A program made the position numbers and the translations under genes. Positions 11,601 to 22,529 of a stretch of 64,000 bases of DNA are shown here, in pieces. Source of the DNA: Caecitellus pseudoparvulus (lineage: Eukaryota; Protista; Bigyra: Bicosoecida). Below the pieces are notes generated by a model that made no database searches, was not told where the DNA came from, and worked only from the letters and a program-made list of their open reading frames with translations. The stretch spans positions 186,001-250,000 of the forward strand of contig CBFFRQ010000040.1 of the NCBI GenBank assembly GCA_965644315.1, read 5' to 3'. Position 1 is the stretch's first letter, and each line of letters begins with the position of its first letter.

Positions 11601-14600
11601 CGAAACGCATCTCCATCCTGCGTTTCTTCCCCGAGGTGGACCCTGTCCATGCGCCCAAGTACGTCGGCGCCGCCACGATCTCCATGCCGCCTGGGGGACT
11701 GACAGCCGGCGGACCAGGGGAGGGCGGCGGCATCACCACCACCACTGCCACGCATGACATTCCCCTGGAGGGGCATGGAGGCTTCCGGGACAGCAGTGCA
11801 CGTGGCAGGCGCCGGGCACGGTCGTCCGTGTCCTCAGCGGGGGGCGACTCCACTGCCAGCGACAGCTACCACCATGGGGGTGGGTCAAGCACAGCCGGGT
11901 CGCACGGCGACCTGGCCAGCGGGCGACATGGATCGCACCCCGTGCGCTCTCCGCGCCATGCGCTGGGCGGTGGCAGCGTCGCAGTGAACGTGTCTGCGCC
12001 TGCCGCCGCCCCGCTGGGGCTGTTGGGGGGGGGTGGATCCCCCGGCGAAGGGGGGGGGACCCTGGCTCAGCCCAGCCACAGTGGTGACAGCATGGACCTG
12101 GGCCACCACCCGTCACGGGACATTTCAGGGGTGTCCTCCACTGGCGGCGCCGTGCTGGATGAGAGTGGCGATGTGCCGGGGGTCCAATTCTCCTCCGACG
12201 CACAGGTGGGTGCGGAGGGGGGGGGTGACAGCACCACCACCCCCCTGCGCCGACCCCTGACAGGCCGAGCCGGTGGACGCAGTGGCAGCGACATGCCCGA
12301 GTGGACTCCCGGCGGCACGGCAGCCCTGGGGCGCGGCACGGGCGGCCGTGCCGCGACGAGTCTCCTGGATGCCGTGGGCTTCAAGCTGACCCCCACCACG
12401 CACTGCCAGGACGGCAACTCTGTCGTGCAGGCGACGGTGCAGGAGGTGCGCAGCCCCATGACGCCGCTGTTCTACGTGCTGTCCTGGCGCCCCCACGGCA
12501 TGCAGGGGGGAGGGGGGGACACCGGCGGCCTGGCGGGGGGGGTCATGACCAGCATGGGTGAGGCGGGGCGCGCCACCTTCCTCACCCACGACGCCGCCCA
12601 GCTCAACGCGTACCGGCGCACGTCCATCCAGGCCGCCAAGTGGAACGCCCTCGCCTCTGGTTCGGGGACGGGTGGGGCCGGTGACGGACACGGGTCCTTC
12701 GTCCCCATGTCGCAGCGCCTGGCGCCGGGGGATGTGCCCCCTGGACTGCTGGCCCCCGGCGCAGCTCAGGGCGGACTGCCCGCCGGGCCAGTTCCTTCCT
12801 CGGCCCGTGGCGTGGTGTTCGGAGGTGCTGAGGGGGGTGGCAGTGAGACAGGTGGCCCACCAGCCTCCGGTCGAGGCCTGCGTTTCGCAGCGCCTGACTC
12901 GGGGCGGGCGGCCTCTGGGCGGGCAGGCGGCGGCGGCGGGGTGCGGTTTGGGGAGCCCAGCAAGGGTGGGCCCAGGTCCCCCGGCAAACACGCCACGTTT
13001 GCGGGGCTGGATGGCGCAGGCGGCAGCGGGCGGCACTCCTCTGGGCGGTCGGCGGGGCAGTCCTCCACAGACTCCATGCCGGCTGGCGTGCCTCACCACT
13101 CAACCCAGACGTGGGGCTTCGTGGACACGGCGGCGACACCGGCGCCCACCACCGCCCCTGCGCAGCCCGTGCCGCATCACCCGCCCATCAGCACCGTCCC
13201 GGAGGAGGGGGAGGGGTCCGAGGGGGGCGGGTCCGATGCCGTGTCCGCGGCGCGGGGTGACTCCCACGACCGGTCAGGGACGCCCCTCGGCGCAGCGGGT
13301 GGCGGCAGCAGCACGCAGGGCAGTGCAGAGCTGGGTGGAGCTGGTGGCGGTGACGCCGATGACGACGCGGCGTCTGTGGATTCAGTGGGGAACCGGCGGC
13401 CCACGCCGCCTCCCACCTTTGCCAGTCGGGCCAGCATCGCCACTGAGGCGGCAGGTGTGGCGGTGTTGCCGGGGGGCGAGGGGGTGGGTGCGCCGTTCGA
13501 CGTGCAGCAGCTGCTCGCTGCAGCGGATGAGGTGGCGGCCGCCACTCCAGGCAGTGTGGCCGGCTCAGGCAGCACGGGCCGAGGGTCGTCGGACGGGGGG
13601 GGGTCCGGGCGCAGTGGCGGCAGTGGCGTGTCCGCGTCACCCCCGGACGCCGTGGGCCTGGCAGAGGACTCGGGGGATGCGTTTGACCGCCTGGTGCGTG
13701 GACGGGAGGAAGACGCCCGCAAGGCCAAGGCCGCTCGGCGGGTGAGCATTGCCGACAGCACCGGCGCTGCAGACAGTGACGGCGAGGAGGAGGGCGGGGA
13801 CCAGCTCGGGGACTTGCCTGGCGGGCTGGCCCTGCGCACGACGACACGCGCCTCGGGCGGCAAGCGGGGGGGGCCTCTGGGCCTGCGCACACAGAGCGCC
13901 ATGGACGGAACAGTGAACACCGCCACGACGGCGTCGTCGGGGGGGGGTGACTCGGGGGCGCCCTCCTCCCAGCTCATCCGGCGCATCATCCAGACGTACG
14001 ACGTGCTGCGTGACCCCGCCGTCGCACGCATGCGCCTGACCATGTTCGTGCTGCTGTTCCTGCTGGTGGTGGGCGGCATCGGCGTGCTGAACGTCATGGG
14101 CCCACTGCAGAACTCCATCGAGCGCCACACGCGCACGGTGTTCGACGCGGGGGAACGCACCGCCCTCGTGCGCACGGGCTTCATCCAGCTCATCAACCTC
14201 CTCGTGGCCGGGCTGGGTGACGGACTGGGCGACGCGGCAGACACGTACGAGTCCCGCGTGCCGACGTACAAGGCGCAGCTGTCGGTCATGGAGCAGCAGA
14301 TCTCCAGTGTCTCGCAGCGTCTGGTGCAGGATGCGAACTTCATCGAGGGGGAGCAGCTGCAGGCGGACGTGACGCCGTCAGTCATCGTCGTGGACGAGAC
14401 GCAGAACGTGCGCACGTTCAACCCGCAGCAAGCCAGCCTGTTCATCACCGCCGTCATGCGCGACATGCTGCAGCAGGAGGTGCTGGGCTTCGACGACCCG
14501 TCCGGCTCTGCGTACGGGCTGAGCGACATCGTCGGCTTCGAGGACCTGGGGCAGATCGTCGTGGGCTTCAACGACACGACGACGCTGAAGCAGCGCACGG

Positions 14601-16393
14601 CGGCGCAGTACCTCGTCAATTTCCGCACCTGGACCATCATGGGCTTCGCCATCCTCTTCCTGCTGCTCTTCATCTCCATCGCCCTGGTGCTGTTCTGGAG
14701 CATCTCCGAGCTGTCCCAGCGCCGCCGCCGCGTCCTGCTGCTGTTCCTCACCGTGCCCACCCAGGCTGTCAAGGCCCTACGCAACCGGGCGTCACGCAAG
14801 CTCATCAGCTTCATGGCCAGCCTGCGCAGCGGGGACTCGGCCGAGGGCGTGGACTACTCGCGGGGTCGCGGCGACATGGGCGGCCTGTCCACCCTGGTGC
14901 AGGAAGGCCCCGCGCCCAGCCCCTCGCCGCCCCACAGACAGGACACGCCGACCGCGTCCCCCACAGCACAGCCCGTCGCTCGCGCCGTGTCCTTCGCCTC
15001 CACGGGGTCTGGGGCGGATGCGGAAGTCAGTGACATTTCCGCCACGCATGAGCTCAGCACGGGTGGTGGCAGCGCCACTGGCTCCGCCACTCCAAGCCAG
15101 GGACTGCGCACGCTGCAGATGGGCGTCATGTCTGCTGCCGCTCGTTTCAAGTCCTCTGCCAACCTGCAGCGCATGTCGGAGGACCAGTTGAGTGACTTTG
15201 CAGCGGCGGCAGCATCCCGCGTGCACACCCGGCGCGGGCTCAGCCCCACCACCCCAACGGCGGGTGGGGACGACAGCAGTGGCGAGGTGCGCCCCCATGA
15301 GGAGTCAGGCGCCTTCATCGTGGGCTCCCTCATCAGCATGACGGGGCCACTGCTGCTGGTGGCGGCGTGGCTGCTGACCATGTTCATCGACCAGAGCATC
15401 ATGATCAACGCCATCCAGGTGGCCACCCAGCGCGTGTACATGACGCAGCAAATCGGCGCCTTTGCATCCACAGTGATCGTGGGGCAGTCCTGGCTCATCG
15501 GCGATGCGCTGGAGCTGCACAGGCTGGCCGGGCCCCTGGCACGCGACTCAGTGTACCGTCCCGGGCTGTGGGATGCCGAGCGCTCGCTGGCGTGGCGGAC
15601 ACAGGCCCTGCTGCACGGAACGGAGGAGCCCGTGGTGGAGGGGGGCGTGGCGCTGCCCCCGCTGGAGGAGGGCTCCCTGGCCTTCCAGCTGTTCGCGCAG
15701 GACGGCTGCATTGTGCAGGATGACGTGTTCTTTGCCCCCGACTGCCGCTCCGTGGAGGAGGGCGTGATGAACCAGGGACTGGGGGCGGCGCTGGACCGCC
15801 TCATTGACATGAGTGTGCAGGTGCGCACGCGGTTCCCGTACGGAGACCCTCGCAACGTCACCGCCGTGTTCCAAGACCAGGACATCCTGGCCCTGGCTGC
15901 GCGCAGCTTGGAGTTGAACTTGCCGTACGTGCGTGGTGGCGTGCGCGTGCTGACTGAGGAGTTCGTGGAAGACGCCAGCACCATCATGACTGCCACACGC
16001 AACCGGCAGCAGGTGCTCACCATCTCCATCGTCTCCGCCCTCGTCCTCTACGTGCTCTTCCGCTACCTCGTGCAAATCAACCGGCTGGGCGAAACCGTCG
16101 TGTCGGCGACCACGCTCCTCATCGCATTCCCCGACGCCGTGGTGAAAGCCATCCCCACCGTGCAGTCTGCCGTGAAAGAAATCGCCTCTCAGTCTGCCGT
16201 CGTGCTGTCTCAGGGCGATGCGGCAGTGCACATCGATGGTGGCAGCGGCGGCGGCAGCGGCGGGGCCACGCCCATGTACGGCACTGGCGCCGACCCCTTC
16301 ATGAAAGACGGGGGCGGTGGTGCGGGTGCGACACCCACCATGGCCCGCCAAGGCAGCTCTGGCACGGGCCCCAAGACTGTTGCAGTCGCTTGA
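8664..16393 (+). CDS. TmcB/TmcC (tiny macrocysts)-like multipass membrane protein with a TPR-like region and a PAS domain
   Basis: Short 5' exons (MAALL..RDALFG | VLYLAAK.. | IVLQVINFMQMLVFP), an N-terminal TM bundle, a helical region (KAYATFLSKLMNDE), a PAS domain (GEIQSVNSVACRVFGRPRLDMLGRNIAITMPPPVCHVHTKYL) and two further TM pairs flanking extracellular loops. Confidence 0.8.
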
Positions 16394-16418
16394 ATTCATA
16401 CACATGCCGGGTCCACCC

Positions 16419-17459
16419 TCACCCGTGCCCGCCACACACCCAGGAGGTGAGGGACGTGTCAGTGGCGAAGGGGGAAGGCAGGCCCCCCGCTGATGAGAGG
16501 GGGACGACGCCCCCCTTGTCCCCTGTCGGCAGCAATGTCGCTGCGCCGCCCTTGGGCGGCACCTGGCTGCCGTCCCACCCGCCCTCTCCCACTGACACCC
16601 AGCAGCACTGGCAGCAGTACGCCATGACGTTGCGCGGCGCAGCGACGAGTTTCCCCGACAGTTTGTCGCGGTTGGGCATGTGGTTCCGGAAGAAAATGTA
16701 CTCTGCCGAAGTGGCCCACTCTGTGTCATGCAGGGGGGGCGTGGTTGTGTGCGTGGGAGGGGGGCACTCTCTGGCCGGCAGCTGGTCGACGCACTGCGGC
16801 CTGGGAAACGCTCCACCGTGAAGTCACACGCCGTGCAACGCAGCGTGGAGCAGCTCCTGCACATGGGGAAATGACAACACGCCGCCGTGCTGCCCATGCG
16901 GGACGCGGTCATGGCCGTGGCGTGGGCTGCCCACGCACAGTTTCTTCACACTGGTGGCACAGCCCTGTGGCGCTGCCGCGTCCCCCAGGTACACCCTGGC
17001 ACACCTGCACAGGCAAGGAGGCGCGGTGGGGATTGTGATGTTGTTGCACACTGAGTTGCCTTGCTGTGGCGACGGTGGGGCGCATGCCACGCACCGTGAC
17101 CTGCTGCTGCGAGAGGGTGCGCCTGTGAAGGCAGCGGTTGGCGCCGCCACAGACACGGCAACGCCGGCCCCCGGCTCAGGCACAGTGTCCACATCTTCCA
17201 TCATGCTGAGCAAGTCGTCCACATGGGAGTGCCCGCCTGACCCGCCTGTCGGCTCAGCCCTGCCGTTGGCGTGGCTGCCATGTGATGTGCGCTGCCTCGC
17301 AGCCGTTTCTGCTGCCGGCGTCCACGAAGCTGCGACAGGCTGCCGGATGGGGACTTTCGAGGCCGGTTGTGGGGCAGCAGCATGGGGCGGCATCTTGGTG
17401 TCAGTCTGCGGGCTGTCAATGTCTGCCAGCTCGCTGAGCAAGTCGTCCAGCGCTGCCAT
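16419..17459 (-). CDS. CFAP418: Cilia- and flagella-associated protein 418 (C8orf37 homolog), multi-exon
   Basis: N-terminal LDDLLSEL. The spliced C-terminal domain CARVYLG..CSTLRCTACDFTV..YIFFRNHMP..AYCCQCCW..WVCGGH matches the family motif. First intron 17094-17005. Confidence 0.88.
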
Positions 17460-17653
17460 GGCGCCGATGCAGCTGCTGCACTGCACCTGCCACAACGCCA
17501 GTGGCGGGGCGAGCGGCACGGTGCAGCGAGCAGAGCGAGCGGGCGTGCTAGCAGTTAAGTTAAGGAGCTTGTGTCATGCGTGGCTGCAGCAGTGTACGTT
17601 TGCATTTTATGTGGAAAGGCGTGACGAGGCGGGAGGGGGGCGGGCTGGCTGGC

Positions 17654-18967
17654 TCACTTGTGCGCCCGACCAGTGGAGCGAATGCGCTGGCACACCTCCG
17701 AGACGTACTCGCTGGTGAGGGCGGTGCCGCCGACATCCTTGGTCTTGCAGCCGTCGGCCAGGGTGCCGAAGATGGCCGCTTCCACGCGGTCGGCAAACAC
17801 GGGCAGCTGCAGGTGCCGCAGCATGAGCACGGTGGAGAACAGCATGCCCGTGGGGTTAGCGACGTTCTTCCCGGCAATGTCCAGGGCCGTGTGCCGGGCG
17901 CCCTGCTCGAAGATGGCGCCTTCACGACCAATGGTCGCGCCCGGCACCAGGCCAGGCCCGCCCACCAGCCCCGCCACCACGTTGGACACCAGCGACCCGT
18001 ACATGTTGGGCGTCACCATGACGTCGAACTGCTGGGGACGGGACACCAGCTGCATCATGCAGTTGTCCACAATGATCTCCTCGTACTTCACGGTGGGGTA
18101 GCGCTTGGCCACCTCCCGGCAGGACTCCAGGAACAGCCCATCTGCCTTCTTCATGATGTTGGCCTTGTGCACGGCTGTGACGGTGGACCGGTTGTTCAGG
18201 AAGGCGTACTCGAAGGCGTACTCGGCGATGCGCAAGGTGGCAGACCGCGTCATGACCTTCAGTGACTCGGTGATGCCCGGGTACACCTCGTGCTCCATGC
18301 CGCTGTACTCGCCCTCGGTTGACTCCCGCACCACGACGATGTCCACGTTCTCGTGGCGAGGGGTCGTGCCGGGCATGGGGAAGGTGTGCACGACGTTGGC
18401 GTACAAGTCCATGGTCTTGCGCAGCTCCACGTTCACGGACGTCTTGCTGGTGCGCCCGACGCCTGTGGGACACAGGGCGGCATGTGCAGCAGGGCGCGTG
18501 GCGGGGGAGGGGCAGGGCGGGACGTACCGACGGAGAACTCGCCCTTGAGGGCGACCTTGTTCTTCTTGAAGGACGCCACCATCTCCGGCGTCAGCGTGTC
18601 CACGACGTTGTCCACCACCTCGAACGCCAGCGGCGCGCAGGACGCCTCCAGCACCTGCATGGCCGCGGAGGTCATCTCAGGGCCAATGCTGCAGAAGAAC
18701 GGAGGGATGCATGGCTAGGTGTGTTGGGGTGAGGGCCAGCAGGCGGCGCTACCGGCGCCAGGCGCTGGTGTGGTGGCGCGGGTGTTGGCGTGTTTCGCGC
18801 ACGCACCCATGCCCAGGGAAGACCGACACTGTGCGGGTCTGGCTGGCGCCAGGCACCTGCAGCGTGTCCAGGCGTGCTGCCGCAGGTGTGGCGTGGAAGG
18901 CGCGCACAGGCGCAGCTGTGCGCGTGAGTGCCGCGGCAGCGCGGGCGGCGCACCGAGTTGCTGCCAT
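17654..18967 (-). CDS. Mitochondrial NAD-dependent isocitrate dehydrogenase, regulatory (non-catalytic) subunit
   Basis: Arg/Ala-rich presequence, spliced PGHGIGPE, RESTEGEYSG, VHKANIMK and IVDNCMMQLV. PNMYGSLVSN lacks the catalytic-subunit aspartates (GDILSD). Two introns. Confidence 0.93.
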
Positions 18968-19327
18968 GGTGGAGACGGGCAGGAACTGCTGCAGGGAGCA
19001 AGCAGCGCGTAGGCGTTGGGCGCGCAGGTACTGGCTGGGGCAGCAGGTGCAGGCGCGTGGAAGTGGGCTGACGGTGTGGGCTGGGGAATGTGTCGTGCGG
19101 GGGCCAACTGCCGTGGTGCTTCAGGGCTGGTCAGGTGGCGGGTGAGAGTGCCCAATTTCCGCTGCGGAGGCAAAGTGCAATGACGGGACCGCCGCCACAT
19201 CCCACCTGAACACCGTAGCCGAGCCCCTGTGCAGATTTCTTGCGGTTGCAGTCAGTGCACTTGCCCGTGTGCGCCCTCCTGAAGTGCGAAGCGCCCTCCG
19301 GCGCCGCTCCGACAGACTCCCGACACC

Positions 19328-19798
19328 ATGGCTGCTGCCGGCACTGGCGGGGACAACCCCCTGAACAAGCACCTCGTGGAGCCCCTCGCGGACTTCAGCA
19401 AGAAGGGTGTGCAGTTCCTGGAGAAGGTGCGTGAGCGGCGCGGCGGCAGGCGCGGCGCCCCTGCGTGTGCAGCGCCTGCACTGGCACTGCCAGGTGTCGA
19501 CTGCGCTGCCCTGCCAGCGCGTGGTACCACGCCGAAGTGCCGCCCTCCCTGCGCAGTGCCACAAGCCCAAGACTGCTGGTACGTGGCGTGCATTGCCGTG
19601 GCCTGGTGTTCGCCAGACGGCAGGCGCAGGTGCCGGCGCACGTCCCACTTGACCCTCACGCCTGCCGCCTGCCCAATCTCCGCAGAGCTGCAGCGCATGG
19701 TGACTGAGCTGGGCGTGGGCTTCCTGGCCCTGGGCGTGCTGGGCTTCTTCGTCAAGCTCATCCACATCCCCATCAACAACATCCTTGTCGGCGCATAG
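19328..19798 (+). CDS. SEC61G: Protein translocon subunit Sec61 gamma, 3 exons including a 22-nt micro-exon
   Basis: Exons 19328-19426, 19557-19578 (CHKPKTA) and 19686-19798. C-terminus GFLALGVLGFFVKLIHIPINNILVG. Confidence 0.96.
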   Translation: MAAAGTGGDNPLNKHLVEPLADFSKKGVQFLEKVRERRGGRRGAPACAAPALALPGVDCAALPARGTTPKCRPPCAVPQAQDCWYVACIAVAWCSPDGRRRCRRTSHLTLTPAACPISAELQRMVTELGVGFLALGVLGFFVKLIHIPINNILVGA

Positions 19799-19940
19799 AG
19801 CCCCTGCCCAGCACAGCCACCCACAGTGCAGCACTGGTGCCGGTGGCGTGTGCCGACGCCTCAGTGGTGTGGCCGACACGTCCCCCGCCAGGCGCCTGGG
19901 GGCACCCGTGCTGCCTCTGCCTGTACAATGCAACGCTACA

Positions 19941-20969
19941 TTACTCTGCGCCAGTCACGGCAGCTGGCCTCAGGATGGCCCGCGTCAATTCCACACCCTC
20001 CAGCGGGCCCCGGCTTCCGTGGGCCGCTTGCCAGTCCGCCTGTGCTGCACTCTGCTGCGTGCGGGCGGCTTGCTGCTGCGCCCACGAGCGCGCTGCCAGG
20101 TACCCAGTGTACTGCTCCCCTCGCAGGGTGAACCATGCCCACATGCACAGCGCACCCGCCAGCAGCAGCTGGCTGGGGATGGACGCCACACACGAGTCAG
20201 GCGCAGCGGTGTTGACTGCCGGCGTGTTGGCCAGGGAGGCCAGAGACACGCCTGTGCGCAGGGCCAGGACTGCCGCGTAACGCAGCAGACTGCCCTTGCG
20301 GTACGCCTCCAGCAGCAGGACCCCCGCGGCTGTGTGGGTGGCGGTGAGGATGAGGGCTTGGGCGGTGGCCATGTCGTACACGGACAAGGCTGAGCACGAA
20401 GCCAGGAAGAGTGCGCCCTGCTGCCAAGCCTGCGCGATGATGCCGCCACACTGGATGATTGCGAGCATAGTGCCGTAGCCCGTGCCAAGCACTGTGGAGG
20501 AATTCGGGGTGTGAGGGGGGGTGTGTGGAATGGGGGCGGCGGGGCACGGCCTGGCGGCCCGACGCACCGATGGAGGAGGGGGCATCGTTGAGGGCCAGGT
20601 TATGTTCCTGGGGGGCGATGGAAATGAGCTGCTTCTCCATCCTGCGCGACACTTGGCACGGTAGCGTGGCGAAGTGTGCGGGGGAGGGGGGAGCCGGCAA
20701 CCCGCGCACCTGATGTACCCCGCCAACATGGCCCAGCGGCAGGCCTCTTGAAACGCGACGCCAAAGAGGATGTGGAAGACGTAGGAGCTCTTCAAGGGCG
20801 CGATGGCGATCCACAGGCAGGAGCTGAGCAGAGTCGGCGCCAACGCCCAAAACGCCGACGCCACCAGGAGGAGGAACAGCACGGAGCGCTGGACGACAAA
20901 GCGCGCAACGACGGCAATGGGGAGTCCGAACCCCACCAGGATGCAGCCCAGCAGTCGGACGAGGTTCAT
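19941..20969 (-). CDS. APH1: Gamma-secretase subunit APH-1
   Basis: LGCILVGFG..LVASAFW..VAFQEACRW, a spliced middle exon RMEKQLI..NDAPSSI, a GTGYG (GxxxG) motif, and a conserved His in TATHT. About 7 TM segments; two introns. Confidence 0.85.
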   Translation of the reverse strand: MNLVRLLGCILVGFGLPIAVVARFVVQRSVLFLLLVASAFWALAPTLLSSCLWIAIAPLKSSYVFHILFGVAFQEACRWAMLAGYIRCAGCRLPPPPHTSPRYRAKCRAGWRSSSFPSPPRNITWPSTMPPPPSVRRAARPCPAAPIPHTPPHTPNSSTVLGTGYGTMLAIIQCGGIIAQAWQQGALFLASCSALSVYDMATAQALILTATHTAAGVLLLEAYRKGSLLRYAAVLALRTGVSLASLANTPAVNTAAPDSCVASIPSQLLLAGALCMWAWFTLRGEQYTGYLAARSWAQQQAARTQQSAAQADWQAAHGSRGPLEGVELTRAILRPAAVTGAE

Positions 20970-21354
20970 GCTGGGACTGCTTTGGCGACGGACGCTGCGG
21001 CGTGGTAGAGCCAATTACCGCAGCACACAAGCGGGCCGGGCGCCAAACACGCGGCAGAAGAGAAATGCCGATGCAAACACACTAGCAGGGATCTGCATCT
21101 TGGGGTTTTGACGTGAACATGGCAAGTTTGAGCTCGCAGGGTAACAGGGCGTGAACTGGAGCTTGCGTGGTGCGTGTTGGTTGCGCAAGCCTCCCCGCAT
21201 CTCATTTTTGCATCATTCGCGGACTGGAACATTACCGCCCGATCAGGAATGCACGCTCTGACCGCCACGCCGTCAAGGGTACGCACTTTTCACGAGCGAA
21301 TACATACATTCCAAGTCAGTCTCCGTTGTGTCCCCGTGGTTGTTGTCCGAACCG

Positions 21355-21698
21355 GTACGTGCAGGTCGACGCGTTTCAGGCGGGAAGTGGGCAGGCCGGG
21401 CGCTGAGGTTGTCTGCTGCAGAGTGCTGGGGCTGGTTGAGCTGTTGAACTCGCGTGTCTGTGAACGACCTTCTTCCCACCATGGTGTGGTCGAAACAGAG
21501 CAGTTTGACTGCCCAGACCCCCACTGCGGTTGCTTAGGGCGGCACCAGTGCTGCGTCTGTGCTGGGGTCCTAATTCCGCAGCCAGCGGCAGTTCGAACTG
21601 CCGCCCCGGCAGCGCGCCTCGATGCTTCGCGGGCTGCCAGTGGTGGGGAGCTGCAAGTGTGCTGCCCTCTTGCACGCAATCTGCCCCGCTTCCCGCAG
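21355..21698 (+). other. Probable 5'-UTR intron of RPL35
   Basis: Donor GTACGT at 21355 and a pyrimidine-rich acceptor TTCCCGCAG ending at 21698, 32 nt before the ATG. Confidence 0.5.
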
Positions 21699-21730
21699 GC
21701 ACCGCCCACAACACACTCACAGCGTCAGAG

Positions 21731-22327
21731 ATGGTGAAGGCACACACTCTGGTCTCCAAGACCCGCGAGGAGCTGCTGGCCGCCCTCGAGGCCGCCCGCA
21801 AGGAGCTGGCCTCCCTGCGCGTCGTGCAGAAGACCGCTGGCACCCCCAGCCGCGTCTGCAAGATCGCCGGCACCCGCAAGGACATCGCCCGCATCCTGAC
21901 CGTCTTCAACTCCAACGAGCGCATCAGCGCCAAGAAGGCCCTGGCCGGCAAGCCCCTGAACAAGTGGCCCAAGGACCTGCGCCCCAAGCAGACCCGTGCC
22001 AAGCGCCGTGCCCTGCCCAAGGCCCTGGTGAGTGCTGTGCGCCGTCTCACCCACTGTGCCGGGAGCCCGCGCGCCGCGGGTGGGAATGACGATTTCTGTT
22101 ATCACCATCTTTCACCTGACTGTCAGTGATGATACATAACATTCACGGACCCTTCTCCGTCTGGCTGCATTGTGTTGCTCCCGCCTTCCCTGCGTGCTCC
22201 CCTGACACTGCCACGCACGTGTGCGCCACGCCCCTCCCCGCAGGCCAACAAGAAGACCATCGCCGCACACAAGAAGGCCACCAACTTCGCCCTGCGCAAG
22301 TACGCTGTCAAGCCCGCTTCCGCCTAA
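21731..22327 (+). CDS. RPL35: 60S ribosomal protein L35 (uL29)
   Basis: EELLAALEAARKELASLRV..RKDIARILTV..PKDLRPKQTRAKRRAL | ANKKT..RKYAVK. Intron 22028-22243. Confidence 0.97.
22082..22152 (+). ncRNA. Intronic box C/D snoRNA, predicted guide for 2'-O-methylation of LSU rRNA (yeast Am807 equivalent; snR39/snR59, U32/U51-like)
   Basis: Box C ATGACGA 22086-22092, guide TCACCATCTTTC 22102-22113 (complementary to the conserved LSU sequence GAAAGAUGGUGA), D' CTGA 22116-22119, C' GTGATGA 22126-22132, D CGGA 22146-22149, and a terminal GGG/CCC stem. Confidence 0.8.
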
Positions 22328-22529
22328 GCGTGTTGCTGTGCTGTAGTGTGGAGGAGGTTGAGGAGGATGGGCTGGGTGCAGTGGGGAAGCGGGGTGCTGC
22401 CCTGCAGACGCAATGCACTGGTGGGATGTTCCCAAACCTTTTCACACACAGGAAGCAGGCGCTGCGCACGTCGTTGTGCTTGAGTTGCACTGCCCTCGGC
22501 AGCAGCGGACACCCAGTGAAGCAGGAGTC

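Noticed and set aside
13177-16029. Long antisense or overlapping ORFs throughout the window (e.g. 13177-14814, 14854-16029, 47665-48939)
   Set aside because: They are expected from stop-codon scarcity in GC-rich coding DNA and show no recognisable motifs.
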